In this document: piece after piece, positions 1 to 9,224 of the stretch
Numbering within the stretch: position 1 is the first letter of the stretch
How the letters are laid out: each line of letters opens with the position of its first letter
IMG/VR virus record: IMGVR_UViG_3300023184_000048
Coordinates: 1-64,000 of that record
From: a virus
DNA: 64,000 bases
Direction: 5' to 3' (one strand)
Position numbers and translations under genes: made by a program
The notes under the pieces: model-generated
Told to the model about the DNA's origin: nothing
The model's database searches: none
What the model saw: the letters and a program-made list of their open reading frames with translations, nothing else

Positions 1-357
1 ATTAAACATATATGTGAGCAGGTTAGAGCCATGTCATATGTGTTTAAATGTCCTGTTATATCAGCAGTTCAGCTTGCCAGAGGTTCTTTTGGCAAGGATA
101 ATCCCGGAATGGAAGGAATTGCAGAATCGATTGGTGTTGCAGCTACAGCAGATGTGATTATGTCTATTTTCCAATCAGAAGAAGATATGGAAATGGCTTT
201 AATCAAGTTGGGGATGATGAAAAACAGATTTGGGCCAAGAGGAATGATCCAAGCAATGAAAATTGACTACCCAACACTTAGTATTTCCCAATCCTCAGAA
301 GAGGAAGAGATTATGGATGATGAAGAACTTACTTTACTTGAAAAATTTAGCAGTTGA
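1..357 (+). CDS. gp41: Replicative DNA helicase (DnaB/T4 gp41-like), C-terminal part; 5' end lies outside the window
   Basis: Frame +1 is open from base 1. 'PVISAVQLAR', 'IAESIGVAATADVIMSI' and 'MKNRFGP' match DnaB/gp41 motifs H3/H4 and the arginine finger. Confidence 0.8.
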   Translation: MKHICEQVRAMSYVFKCPVISAVQLARGSFGKDNPGMEGIAESIGVAATADVIMSIFQSEEDMEMALIKLGMMKNRFGPRGMIQAMKIDYPTLSISQSSEEEEIMDDEELTLLEKFSS

Positions 358-361
358 AATT

Positions 362-556
362 ATGAGAACCATACAAGAGCACAACGAAGAAGTTAGAAAC
401 TATTACAGGTCCACTAAAAATAATATTGAGTGTCCGAACTGTAAATCCGAGATGGATGATGTTGATCGAGGGGTGTTATACTTGTCAAATCCTCCCCAAA
501 CAGATATCAAATGTTTTAATTGTGGGTATACATCCAAAAGATATGTAATATGTTGA
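362..556 (+). CDS. Small zinc-ribbon protein
   Basis: CPNC...CFNC pairs; ATG at 362 just after the helicase stop. Confidence 0.6.
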   Translation: MRTIQEHNEEVRNYYRSTKNNIECPNCKSEMDDVDRGVLYLSNPPQTDIKCFNCGYTSKRYVIC

Positions 557-1446
557 CTTTTATGATAAATGATCTAAATGTTTCTGTGTCTAAAGTCTTT
601 ATCTGGTCAACTTCAACCTTAGATGGTGCTACATCTACCATTATTCTTGGAAATATATTCAAGAATATGGAATATCAACATGCATTCTTTGGTGACTTTG
701 AAAATCAATATAAAAATTGGTCAGAAGATCATTTGGAAAACTATGACAAGGTGTTTGTAGTTGGAATGTCACTTACACAATCACTAATCAATAAAATCGA
801 TGACCCCAGAGTGGTATTCATTTCAAATAAGAAAGAAAACCTTAATGTTTTCGATTCTTCCATGATTTCCGAAGATTGTTCATCTTGTTCTAAGCTAATT
901 TATAAGAAATTCAAGGAAAAGGTCAAATTTACAGTTCCTCTGAAACAATTAATTGCTTATATTGATGATTATAATGGTAATACTCTGAAACATGAGGAAT
1001 CATCTTACCTAAATGCTGTTTATCGCAAGTCTGGATATAAAAAGTTTTCTACTTTTGTAAATCGTTTTTGGAATGGATTTGATGGGTTTACGAATGGTGA
1101 ATTAAAATTAGCTGAATCATTTTTTAAAGAAATTGACAGAGAGTGTGAAGGTCTTGACCTATTCAAAGGTGAATTTAAGAAATGGAAAGTGATTTTGACA
1201 TTCTCCAAGTGTCCAGTGACCGAAATTGCGAACAAGCTACTTGACAATTACGAAACCGATGTCATTATAGTGGTCAATACAGACAGTAAGTATGTTTCAT
1301 TTCGACGTAAACAAGTATCTGATGTTGATTTGAAATTTATGGCTGAACATTTGTGTGATGGTGGAGGAACAGAATCCTCAAGTGGTGGAACACTTACGAA
1401 AAAGTTTTTAGAATTCTCAGAACAACTTACCGAATATAAATCATGA
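550..1446 (+). CDS. DHH/DHHA1-family phosphoesterase-like protein with degenerate active site
   Basis: 'TLDGATS' resembles DxDG, 'YIDDYNG' a DHH-family helix, and 'SFRR...LCDGGGTESSSGG' the DHHA1 SxR...GGGH motif. DHH and GGGH histidines are absent. Confidence 0.6.
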   Translation: MLTFMINDLNVSVSKVFIWSTSTLDGATSTIILGNIFKNMEYQHAFFGDFENQYKNWSEDHLENYDKVFVVGMSLTQSLINKIDDPRVVFISNKKENLNVFDSSMISEDCSSCSKLIYKKFKEKVKFTVPLKQLIAYIDDYNGNTLKHEESSYLNAVYRKSGYKKFSTFVNRFWNGFDGFTNGELKLAESFFKEIDRECEGLDLFKGEFKKWKVILTFSKCPVTEIANKLLDNYETDVIIVVNTDSKYVSFRRKQVSDVDLKFMAEHLCDGGGTESSSGGTLTKKFLEFSEQLTEYKS

Positions 1447-1736
1447 ATAATTTAGGAGATTCGGGTAGTCAACACTGTCATAGTAATTGGTATTGTCCAT
1501 CCTGTAGAGTGTTTGGTTACAATAAACCACATAAAGATGACTGTAATGAAAAGAAACTTCAAATTAGTGCTACTGCGAGAATCCCTAGAAAAAACGCATC
1601 CAAAAAGATTTGGAGTAAATTTTATAAAAAGTTTGTTCTTCAAGAAGATTTAAAAGAACATTTTAGTAAACCTAAAAAAGAGTCTAAAGAGATAAAGACT
1701 TGGAGAATAAGAAGAAAATTAAAGATTAAATTATGA
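1443..1736 (+). CDS. Hypothetical basic protein with CxxC/H cluster
   Basis: ATGA overlaps with both neighbours; CPSC and 'RIPRKNASKKIW'. Confidence 0.55.
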   Translation: MNNLGDSGSQHCHSNWYCPSCRVFGYNKPHKDDCNEKKLQISATARIPRKNASKKIWSKFYKKFVLQEDLKEHFSKPKKESKEIKTWRIRRKLKIKL

Positions 1737-2299
1737 AAAGAAGAAATTTTATAGGAGGAATATTATCCGCAATTGGCCTAAGTATTGTCTCCCTAAAAGC
1801 CACAGAGACAATCCCACCAGAATCATTTATTAGGTCGGACGATGATGAATTTTATTCATTTTTCTATAAGTTCAATGGGTTTCCAATTAGTGAACAGCAG
1901 AAAATGTTTTATGATTGGTATAAGAAAGATTATAAAATAATGACGATGAGTAGACAAACAGGGACCACTACATTTTTGATCACTTTGGCGGCATATAAAT
2001 CTCTTAAAAATGAAACCGTTTTCTATTTTACATTTGAGGGATATCATAGAAATCATTGTGTTGATATATACAAGAGAAACATGATCAACTTCAGAGAAAA
2101 TTTTCCCAAAAAAGTTTGGACACAGATGGAACCACGTTTCTTGACAAATTCTGATGGTATTAGAGGCAGCAATCCATCTATAGCATTGTTTGATAATTTC
2201 TCATATACGAGATACCCACATACAATTTTTAACTATTTCGATAGCAGAGATACTAAGGTATTTTGGATGGACACAGTAGAAACCAAAAACATATCATGA
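1733..2299 (+). CDS. Terminase-ATPase-like protein, degenerate Walker A/B, with Tat-like N-terminus
   Basis: 'SRQTGTTT' aligns with terminase 'SRQIGKSS'; 'GIRGSNPSIALFDNFSY' with 'AGRGSSCTFLAIDEAAW'. N-terminus 'MKRRNFIGGILSAIGL'. Confidence 0.55.
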   Translation: MKRRNFIGGILSAIGLSIVSLKATETIPPESFIRSDDDEFYSFFYKFNGFPISEQQKMFYDWYKKDYKIMTMSRQTGTTTFLITLAAYKSLKNETVFYFTFEGYHRNHCVDIYKRNMINFRENFPKKVWTQMEPRFLTNSDGIRGSNPSIALFDNFSYTRYPHTIFNYFDSRDTKVFWMDTVETKNIS

Positions 2300-2568
2300 T
2301 AGACCCAAGTTCAGCAATTATCGAAGACGAAAGCTCGCACCTATTTCTATGTTATTGCACATTTATCAATAACATAACAGGTAAGAAGCTTTCAACACAA
2401 AATGTTTTCATTGAGACATTGAACAATGAGAAGTATAAAAAAATCCTAAAGGAGATCTTGAATCTTGAAACAGATTATGAAATTGTGAGAGTGTTTCTAG
2501 ATTTTGACGCATCTATCGCCAAATCAAAAATTGTGACTAAGATGATTAATAGCAAAGATAAGAAATAA
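2296..2568 (+). CDS. Hypothetical protein
   Basis: ATG at 2296 overlaps the upstream TGA; operon-like packing. Confidence 0.6.
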   Translation: MIDPSSAIIEDESSHLFLCYCTFINNITGKKLSTQNVFIETLNNEKYKKILKEILNLETDYEIVRVFLDFDASIAKSKIVTKMINSKDKK

Positions 2569-2975
2569 TGTTTAATACATATAATTTAAGAGGTGGAAGC
2601 ACGGATGTTTATGTCAAACAAACAGTCACGGAGAAAAGAGCACCAACTGATGACTCAGTTAGACTGCTTATGGAGATGGAAGACAAAGCTCTGGATAAGT
2701 TGGTTTCAATCACAAAATTAGAAAACAACTTCTTCAAAGCTACTTGGCACACATTTGATGATTATATGAATGGTGGCCTTAATATCATTTGTAGGTTTGA
2801 ATTGAATGGGAAAGAAGAAAAGTTTGATTTTAAAATATGTAAATTCGAATGTAGAAACGATCAAGAGTTGATTGAAAAGGTGAGAGAGAAGGTTTTGGAA
2901 AGATTAAGTAGAATATTTACATATGAGCTTTTTAGTCATGGTTTAAAACCATTTGAGGGTCTTAGAAGAAGATGA
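2568..2975 (+). CDS. Hypothetical protein
   Basis: 135 aa ORF with TAATG/ATGA overlaps. Confidence 0.6.
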   Translation: MFNTYNLRGGSTDVYVKQTVTEKRAPTDDSVRLLMEMEDKALDKLVSITKLENNFFKATWHTFDDYMNGGLNIICRFELNGKEEKFDFKICKFECRNDQELIEKVREKVLERLSRIFTYELFSHGLKPFEGLRRR

Positions 2976-3304
2976 GAAACATAACCGTAAGTCAAATTGA
3001 TTTGAAGAATGGATGTGAGCATGTCAAATTACACATATTTCCATTACCACAAATTAAAGATCCCGGATTTTACAGAACTATGATCTCATATTCAGCATTT
3101 TTTGAAAGTTGTAAATCTAGAAATAGGAGTAAGAATTATCTCTATTATCAAACAGACTTCAGGGATGGCGATTTGAGGGGTGAATACGAAAAACATAGGG
3201 ATTCTCAACTTCCAGTGGTTGAATATAAAAGCTTGCTTGATTTCTTTGAAGGTATAGGCTATGATAGAGCCACTAAGAGGTATATTGATGATCACAAAGC
3301 TTGA
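2972..3304 (+). CDS. Hypothetical protein
   Basis: 110 aa ORF with ATGA overlap. Confidence 0.55.
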   Translation: MRNITVSQIDLKNGCEHVKLHIFPLPQIKDPGFYRTMISYSAFFESCKSRNRSKNYLYYQTDFRDGDLRGEYEKHRDSQLPVVEYKSLLDFFEGIGYDRATKRYIDDHKA

Positions 3305-3923
3305 ACAAAAAATCTATAATTCACATTTAGCTACATCTAGAAAGGCTCAAAATAAACCTTTTCAAATTAGAAAGCAATTTGATGATCTGGATGAAGACAA
3401 GGTTGCAATTCTTCAAAGACTTTCAAGATTTTTCAATGAATATAAAAATTTAGACATTGACACATTCTTTCTGGCACCTCACAAGATATATCCAGATGAA
3501 ACGTATTATCCTTTGGAATATTTCTTAACCAGAAAGGCTATTTCATGTTACACACAATATGTAAAGCAACTAGAAACCCAAGATCCCGATAATAATGATT
3601 CATTGGAGCGGTTACAGAAGTCTTTGAAATTTGTTTTCAACTATTGCAAGGAACACCAGTTGACTTTCGAGGATTATAAGGTATATCTAGAACCAGAGAC
3701 AACCCTGCCGATCTTCATCGACCATCTCAAAAATCACAAAATAAATTTTTACACACTTCACGCCTTGAATTTCTCACAACCTAAGATAGAATCCAGAATA
3801 TTGGATTTCATCTTCAACAATTTCTATACAACTTTCCAAACGACAAAGAACAAGTTTCAATTCTCCAAGAAGATGAAAGAATTCTCAAAACTAGCAACAA
3901 TTAAATTAAAACAAAAATTATGA
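3288..3923 (+). CDS. Conserved phage protein, possibly gp59-like helicase loader
   Basis: About 210 aa, basic and helical, shortly upstream of gp32 as in T4. Sequence resemblance is weak. Confidence 0.4.
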   Translation: MITKLEQKIYNSHLATSRKAQNKPFQIRKQFDDLDEDKVAILQRLSRFFNEYKNLDIDTFFLAPHKIYPDETYYPLEYFLTRKAISCYTQYVKQLETQDPDNNDSLERLQKSLKFVFNYCKEHQLTFEDYKVYLEPETTLPIFIDHLKNHKINFYTLHALNFSQPKIESRILDFIFNNFYTTFQTTKNKFQFSKKMKEFSKLATIKLKQKL

Positions 3924-4138
3924 AAGACAAGCTCACAGCATCGGAAGCAGTATTTGGATTTGCCGCGTGGTTGACAACCAGACCGGAACCTGTAACTTTT
4001 GGAAGTTCTTTTGAATGTTCAAATATCTGTAATCTAGTTAAAATTTTTATAGATGAAAATAAATTGGATTTCCCCAGAGATGGGTGGGAAAATAATTTAA
4101 TCCACCCATCTGGAGAATGTAGTTTTGGAAATATCTAA
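3920..4138 (+). CDS. Hypothetical protein
   Basis: 72 aa ORF with ATGA overlap. Confidence 0.55.
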   Translation: MKDKLTASEAVFGFAAWLTTRPEPVTFGSSFECSNICNLVKIFIDENKLDFPRDGWENNLIHPSGECSFGNI

Positions 4139-4160
4139 TCAAAAGAAAATAAAATAAATT

Positions 4161-4367
4161 ATGAGTAATAGCACAACAACATCAAGTGGGGGCATCGGAT
4201 TTACCGGACTCCTTGCAATTCTATTCATTGGACTTAAATTGGGAGGAGTGATTACATGGCCATGATTATGGGTCTTGTCACCACTCTGGATTTCACTAGC
4301 ATTGGTCCTTACCATTATCACAATCACCTTTATTATAGTTGCATTGGTGGCTATGATTGCTAAATAA
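4161..4367 (+). pseudogene. Small phage membrane protein interrupted by in-frame TGA at codon 35
   Basis: Reads MSNSTTTSSGGIGFTGLLAILFIGLKLGGVITWP*LWVLSPLWISLALVLTIITITFIIVALVAMIAK. TGA at 4263-4265 sits where Trp is expected in the common phage 'GGIGF..LL..LFI.LKL.GVI.WSWWWVL.PLW' family. Not in the ORF track. Confidence 0.7.
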
Positions 4368-4440
4368 CTTTGCCTATAATTGAACTAATTCTAATTATAG
4401 GTTCTTAAACACAAAAACAACAAACTGAAAAACAAACAAA

Positions 4441-5331
4441 ATGGCTAAAACTAATAAATTCGCAAACGCATTTGAAAAAATTAAAGGTGCTCTGGCTAAA
4501 CCAGAGAGTTCGGGTGGATCATATGATAACTTCATGAAGTTTCCTGCGGGAAGCACATATGTTATTAAGCTTCTGCCCACATTGGAGGAAGGAAAGGAAC
4601 CTCTGTTCCATCACTTCGTGAACGGTTTTACTTCTAAGTCTACTGGAAAGTATTTCAGTGTTCTGAGTCGTAAGACATTCGGTGAAAATGATCCAATTGA
4701 GAATCTTCGTTGGAAGCAGTGGAAGGCTTGGAAAGAAGCTAATCCAAAGGCTGATAACAAGGATTATGAAGGAGAAATCCAAAGTTCTGAAAACTGGTTG
4801 ATCAATGCCTATTGGGTTGATAATCCAGCTAATCCAGATCTTAATGGAACAGTTCAAATTCTAAAGATGGGTCCACAGATTAAGAAGCTTGTGGATGCTG
4901 CTACAGAAGGTGATAGGGCTGATGAATTGGGTTGGGATATTTTCGATCCTACCAAGGGATTTGATCTTAAGATTGTTGCTGCTAAACAAGGCATCTACAC
5001 AACCTATAAGGATTCATTCTTCTCTACCAAGTCCAAGAAGAATCTGAAGGATGAGGAAGTTGATGCTCTTTATGAAAATCTGCATGATTTGACTCAGGTT
5101 TATGCCGTCAAGACTGTAGAAGAGATTGAAGAAATTCTAGTTACTCATTACTTTACTGGAGATAATGAAAAGTCTGAATCTAAGGAGGAAAGGAAACAAC
5201 TTCCTAAGAAGGAATCGAAGAAGAAAGAGGAGAAGGTTGAAGATCCCGATCCTGATGATGAAATTCCAATGGAGTTTGATTCATCCGACGACGAAGTTAA
5301 TGCCCTTCTTGAAGGTTTAGACGAAGACTAA
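4441..5331 (+). CDS. gp32: Single-stranded DNA-binding protein (T4 gp32-like)
   Basis: 'VIKLLP', 'HHF', 'DPI', 'WVDNPANPDLNGTVQILKMGPQI', 'FDPTKGFDLKI' and an acidic C-terminal tail. Confidence 0.85.
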   Translation: MAKTNKFANAFEKIKGALAKPESSGGSYDNFMKFPAGSTYVIKLLPTLEEGKEPLFHHFVNGFTSKSTGKYFSVLSRKTFGENDPIENLRWKQWKAWKEANPKADNKDYEGEIQSSENWLINAYWVDNPANPDLNGTVQILKMGPQIKKLVDAATEGDRADELGWDIFDPTKGFDLKIVAAKQGIYTTYKDSFFSTKSKKNLKDEEVDALYENLHDLTQVYAVKTVEEIEEILVTHYFTGDNEKSESKEERKQLPKKESKKKEEKVEDPDPDDEIPMEFDSSDDEVNALLEGLDED

Positions 5332-5332
5332 T

Positions 5333-5863
5333 ATGGAAGAACAACTACCACCAATGTCTCCAGATGATTTAGCTGCCCTTATGGGATTTGCTGGACCAAT
5401 TTTTGGAGAGACAAGACAAATCGAAAACATGACTTCTGAAAATCCAAATGTTGGGAGTCATGTTCAGGATGGTAGTATGAAGATCAGACAGGCACTTGCA
5501 CAAGCAGAAAATCAAGTGCGTATGCAAGTGCCTGTTCATGTTCCTCATGTGCCAATTCCAGTAATCCCGTTTATTCCAGAGACTATAAATCAACAAGGTG
5601 AAATGTTTCCCGTTAGTTCTGGTGGTTATGTTCAACCCACGACTACCGATTTCCCACATATTCAAAATGTGTTACAGATCAATACGCCTTCGAATGAACA
5701 ACAAATGGAGTTTTCGTTTGATCCGAATAAACATGACATTACAAATAATCATCTCCGAGATATTTCAAACACCTTGAAAAAGATTTTGAAGTATTATGAA
5801 GATGATTCAAAGACAAAAAAGACTAAAGAAGTAATTAAGTTAGTTGCAAATGGAAAATCATAA
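5333..5863 (+). CDS. Hypothetical Pro/Gln-rich protein
   Basis: 176 aa ORF directly after gp32. Confidence 0.6.
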   Translation: MEEQLPPMSPDDLAALMGFAGPIFGETRQIENMTSENPNVGSHVQDGSMKIRQALAQAENQVRMQVPVHVPHVPIPVIPFIPETINQQGEMFPVSSGGYVQPTTTDFPHIQNVLQINTPSNEQQMEFSFDPNKHDITNNHLRDISNTLKKILKYYEDDSKTKKTKEVIKLVANGKS

Positions 5864-6068
5864 CAACGATAAAACCAGACCTGCTGAAAATATACAAGAA
5901 TTATTGATGTGTGCGGTAGGATCTACAGAAGATCTGCTTAGTTCTTTGGTGATTCTGAGAGATTCTAAAAAGGATGTTGGGCTATCTATGAATTTATTGA
6001 ATAATAAAATTTATGAGATCGATAATATGAGATCATTATTCGAATCATATCAAATAAATGTCCGATAA
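5844..6068 (+). CDS. Hypothetical protein
   Basis: 74 aa ORF filling the gap between co-oriented genes. Confidence 0.45.
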   Translation: MQMENHNNDKTRPAENIQELLMCAVGSTEDLLSSLVILRDSKKDVGLSMNLLNNKIYEIDNMRSLFESYQINVR

Positions 6069-6774
6069 ATTAAAACTAAACAAGAAGGAATTCAAAAAGT
6101 TCCTAGATAGTCTAGCAAAGATTAATGATTCTGCTATTCTTGATGTTAAAAAGGATAATATACATGCCCTATCTTCATCCGAGGATAGGAGCATGTTCCT
6201 TTGGTCATCATTAGATGGTGACTTTGATTTTGAGAGGACTCTAAACATCCAATCATTGCAGAAATTATCCAAATCTTTGGATTTGATAACAGCAGATAAT
6301 ATTGAATTGACTGTAAATTCCAATAATATTGAATATATTGGGAACAGCATCAAGTTCAAGTGTCATTTATACGATGATGGTATTTTACCAAAGCCTAAAT
6401 TGACTCTGGAAAAGATCAAAAGCTTCAAATATGATTATGAATTTGAATTCACTAAAGAATTTTTAGATTCGGTTCTCAAAAAAGCCGCAATCTTCAAAGA
6501 AGTAAGTAAATTGTATCTTTACACAGAAGATGATCATTTAGTTTGGGGTCTGATGGATAAAGCAATGACAAATACTGACTCAATTGTGATGGTTGGTGGT
6601 GATATTGATTTTGAAATGGATGAATTTATTTTAAATTTGGATAATGTAAGACTATGGAACTTAAATGGTGATAATGCTGTAAAGTTTAGAATTAATAAGA
6701 TGGGAATCGGAAATATTCAAGTAATATCTGGACAAACGGAATTGAACTATGTTGTAACTTCACTTACAAAATAA
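6058..6774 (+). CDS. gp45: Sliding clamp (T4 gp45-like)
   Basis: 238 aa; pattern 'FLDSLAKIN..AIL', 'LNI..L.KL', 'KFKCHLYDDGIL', 'ILNLDNVRL' is typical of phage clamps; replication context. Confidence 0.7.
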   Translation: MSDKLKLNKKEFKKFLDSLAKINDSAILDVKKDNIHALSSSEDRSMFLWSSLDGDFDFERTLNIQSLQKLSKSLDLITADNIELTVNSNNIEYIGNSIKFKCHLYDDGILPKPKLTLEKIKSFKYDYEFEFTKEFLDSVLKKAAIFKEVSKLYLYTEDDHLVWGLMDKAMTNTDSIVMVGGDIDFEMDEFILNLDNVRLWNLNGDNAVKFRINKMGIGNIQVISGQTELNYVVTSLTK

Positions 6775-6795
6775 GTTGATTTGTTAAATATATGA

Positions 6796-7497
6796 ATGAG
6801 AAAACATATATTATATCCAAAATTGGCCGGTATTTATAAATTAACATGTATTGACAATGGAAAAATCTATATAGGAAAATCAGTCAATATAAGAAATAGA
6901 TTATCTACATATAAAGGACAGGCCAAACAATCTAAAAGTAATTGGTATTTTGGGAAAGCCCTTATAAAGTATGGGTGGAACTCTTTTACAGTTGAAATAT
7001 TAGAAATTTTTGAACCGTTTGATAAATTAAAAGATAATCATGCTCTTTTAGATAGGGAGGCTTATTATATAGAATTATATGACGCAACTAATACTAAAAT
7101 TGGTTATAATATTTGCAAATATTCTAATGATGGGACAGGGATACCGAGTAGACCGATCACAGAAGAACACCGAGCAAATCTAAGAAAGGCCAGAGCATTA
7201 CAAGTGAGAGGACCGCTGACCGAAGAGCAGAAACAAAAGATGAGGGGAAGGGTTTGTAGTGAAGAGACAAAGGAGAAAATTAGAAACACCAAAAAGGGAA
7301 CAACATTATCCGAAGAGCATAAGGAGAAAATAAGGCAGAGTTGTATGGGAAATACACACACTGAAGAGTCTATAGAAAAAATGAGACAGGCAAAAAGAGG
7401 TGGTAAACATTCCGAAGAGGCAAAACAAAAAATGAGAAATTCCAGATTACTATATTTGGAAAATAAAAAAATAAAAAAATATGAAAAAAGAATTTAA
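6796..7497 (+). mobile_element. Free-standing GIY-YIG homing endonuclease with NUMOD3 repeats
   Basis: 'GIYKLTCIDNGKIYIGKS...R', 'E..YI..Y', 'GYN', then several 'SEE.K.K(I/M)R' repeats; own TAAATA promoter. Confidence 0.9.
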
Positions 7498-8302
7498 AGA
7501 ATTAAAAGATTTACAATTGAAAGGTATAGTCGAATTATACGAGTCTTCAAATTTGGAAGATACCAAATCGGTCACTGGTAGTAATATACCTTATAGGATT
7601 TTAAAATTAAGTTGGAACAATGATCAGCCAGAACTCCTGATACAATACCCAGATTCTCCACATTTTTTAGAAATTCCGAGAGCAAGAGGTTCATCTTCTT
7701 GTGGTAATACTATTCACGTTAATTTCTCAAATCCTTTTTATAAAAATATATTGGATGAGAATGATAGGGTTGAGGATCTATACATCCAAAGGCCAAATGC
7801 GATGTTGAAAAATGATTGTTTATATCATAATTTCCTAACCACAATTTCCAGAATTGTGACTGATCCATATTCAAAGTTGGAGGATATCAACCCAACATTA
7901 TTGATTGACATTATTGAACATGGGTATTATGAATGTGTTCCAAAAATTCAAGTTCCTGAATATGTCATGAATATTGAACATATTACAGAAATTCCATTTG
8001 ATTATCTTTTAATTACCCATGACAAATATGTTTATAGTTATGACACTATGAGAGCATTTTTTTGTAAACTTAATGGAAGTCATAAACAATTAAAAGTTGA
8101 AAAGTTTAATAGAATGAGAGATGGAGGAACTACTAGGATTAAATTAGGGTGTGGTTATGGATTAGATGATCAGAAATATGAATTTTATAGTCCAACACCT
8201 TTTAAGCCAGAGCTTAAATGTTCTTTGGATGGTTGGGAAATTGATCGTATTGATAAAAATACAGAATTGGTTGAAAAGGTCATGAAGTCTGTTATATTTT
8301 AA
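7481..8302 (+). CDS. Hypothetical protein
   Basis: 273 aa ORF, no recognisable motif. Confidence 0.6.
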   Translation: MKKEFKELKDLQLKGIVELYESSNLEDTKSVTGSNIPYRILKLSWNNDQPELLIQYPDSPHFLEIPRARGSSSCGNTIHVNFSNPFYKNILDENDRVEDLYIQRPNAMLKNDCLYHNFLTTISRIVTDPYSKLEDINPTLLIDIIEHGYYECVPKIQVPEYVMNIEHITEIPFDYLLITHDKYVYSYDTMRAFFCKLNGSHKQLKVEKFNRMRDGGTTRIKLGCGYGLDDQKYEFYSPTPFKPELKCSLDGWEIDRIDKNTELVEKVMKSVIF

Positions 8303-8640
8303 TGAATCCTAAAAATAAAATCACTACTTGCGGCTACTTCCTTAAACGATTAAGGGATTCCGACTTCATTGCTATTAGATTATTTGGAGAGTATGGTAAA
8401 CATGATCCAAGATCTTGGACTATTTGTGTAGATCCAACTGGACATTCATTAATGATCACTTGTTATGAGAATAAAGATTATAATGGTGATATTATGTTTG
8501 AATTTAATGATGGTGGAAACAAATTTCCCAAGAATTACAATTTACTAACAGATTCGATGGAAATAGTCATTACTACGATGATTGAAAGAGGCATACAACA
8601 GAAAACAGAAGATAGCATTTTTATCAAGACTAGACAATAA
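8302..8640 (+). CDS. Hypothetical protein
   Basis: 112 aa ORF with TAATG overlap. Confidence 0.65.
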   Translation: MNPKNKITTCGYFLKRLRDSDFIAIRLFGEYGKHDPRSWTICVDPTGHSLMITCYENKDYNGDIMFEFNDGGNKFPKNYNLLTDSMEIVITTMIERGIQQKTEDSIFIKTRQ

Positions 8641-8664
8641 TCCAAATAGTCTTAAATAATTTAT

Positions 8665-8961
8665 GTGGACGACGAAGAACCAATTCAAGACTTCTCAGAT
8701 GTTGAAATAACCAAGATTCTTAAAGAAGCACTTAAGGTGAAGCTTGAAGAAAAAAAGAAAATCCCAACCAGAGTTCAACTTAATAGAGCATTAGTTTCTA
8801 CTCTTGGTGAATTTCTGGGTTGTTACAAGCTTATGGGTTATGATCTTGATGGAAACCCAATCAGTATGACTGTTTATAATAATAAATTACAAAAATCTGC
8901 ACTAGAAAATCGATTTATGCAAGAAATTGGCGTTTTTATGAGCACCAGAGAAGAATTATGA
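8665..8961 (+). CDS. Hypothetical protein (GTG start)
   Basis: TAAATA 6 nt before GTG. Confidence 0.6.
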   Translation: MDDEEPIQDFSDVEITKILKEALKVKLEEKKKIPTRVQLNRALVSTLGEFLGCYKLMGYDLDGNPISMTVYNNKLQKSALENRFMQEIGVFMSTREEL

Positions 8962-9224
8962 ACATTTTCCACCAATTATTCAAAGTTGGCAATTCCTATG
9001 CAGTTACTCAAGGTGATCTACTGGGCCAAATCCTGATCTATGTCGAGTCCACAAAGACGCACAAGTGCTTTGTCACCATCCCAAAGCTGGAAAATCTTGA
9101 AATTCCGAAAGAAATCTTTGACTCTGGGTTGAAATCTGGTATAGTCGAGTTTATTGAACGTGTGCCGAATGAATTTAGAAAAACGATTGCGCTCCAGTTT
9201 GAGCAAAACAAAAAAGAACTTTGA
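8958..9224 (+). CDS. Hypothetical protein upstream of primase
   Basis: 88 aa ORF ending CTT-TGA inside the primase reading frame. Confidence 0.6.
   Translation: MNIFHQLFKVGNSYAVTQGDLLGQILIYVESTKTHKCFVTIPKLENLEIPKEIFDSGLKSGIVEFIERVPNEFRKTIALQFEQNKKEL

Noticed and set aside
4139-4327. Minus-strand 62-aa ORF from the track
   Set aside because: It is the antisense shadow of the plus-strand membrane-protein gene at 4161-4367.
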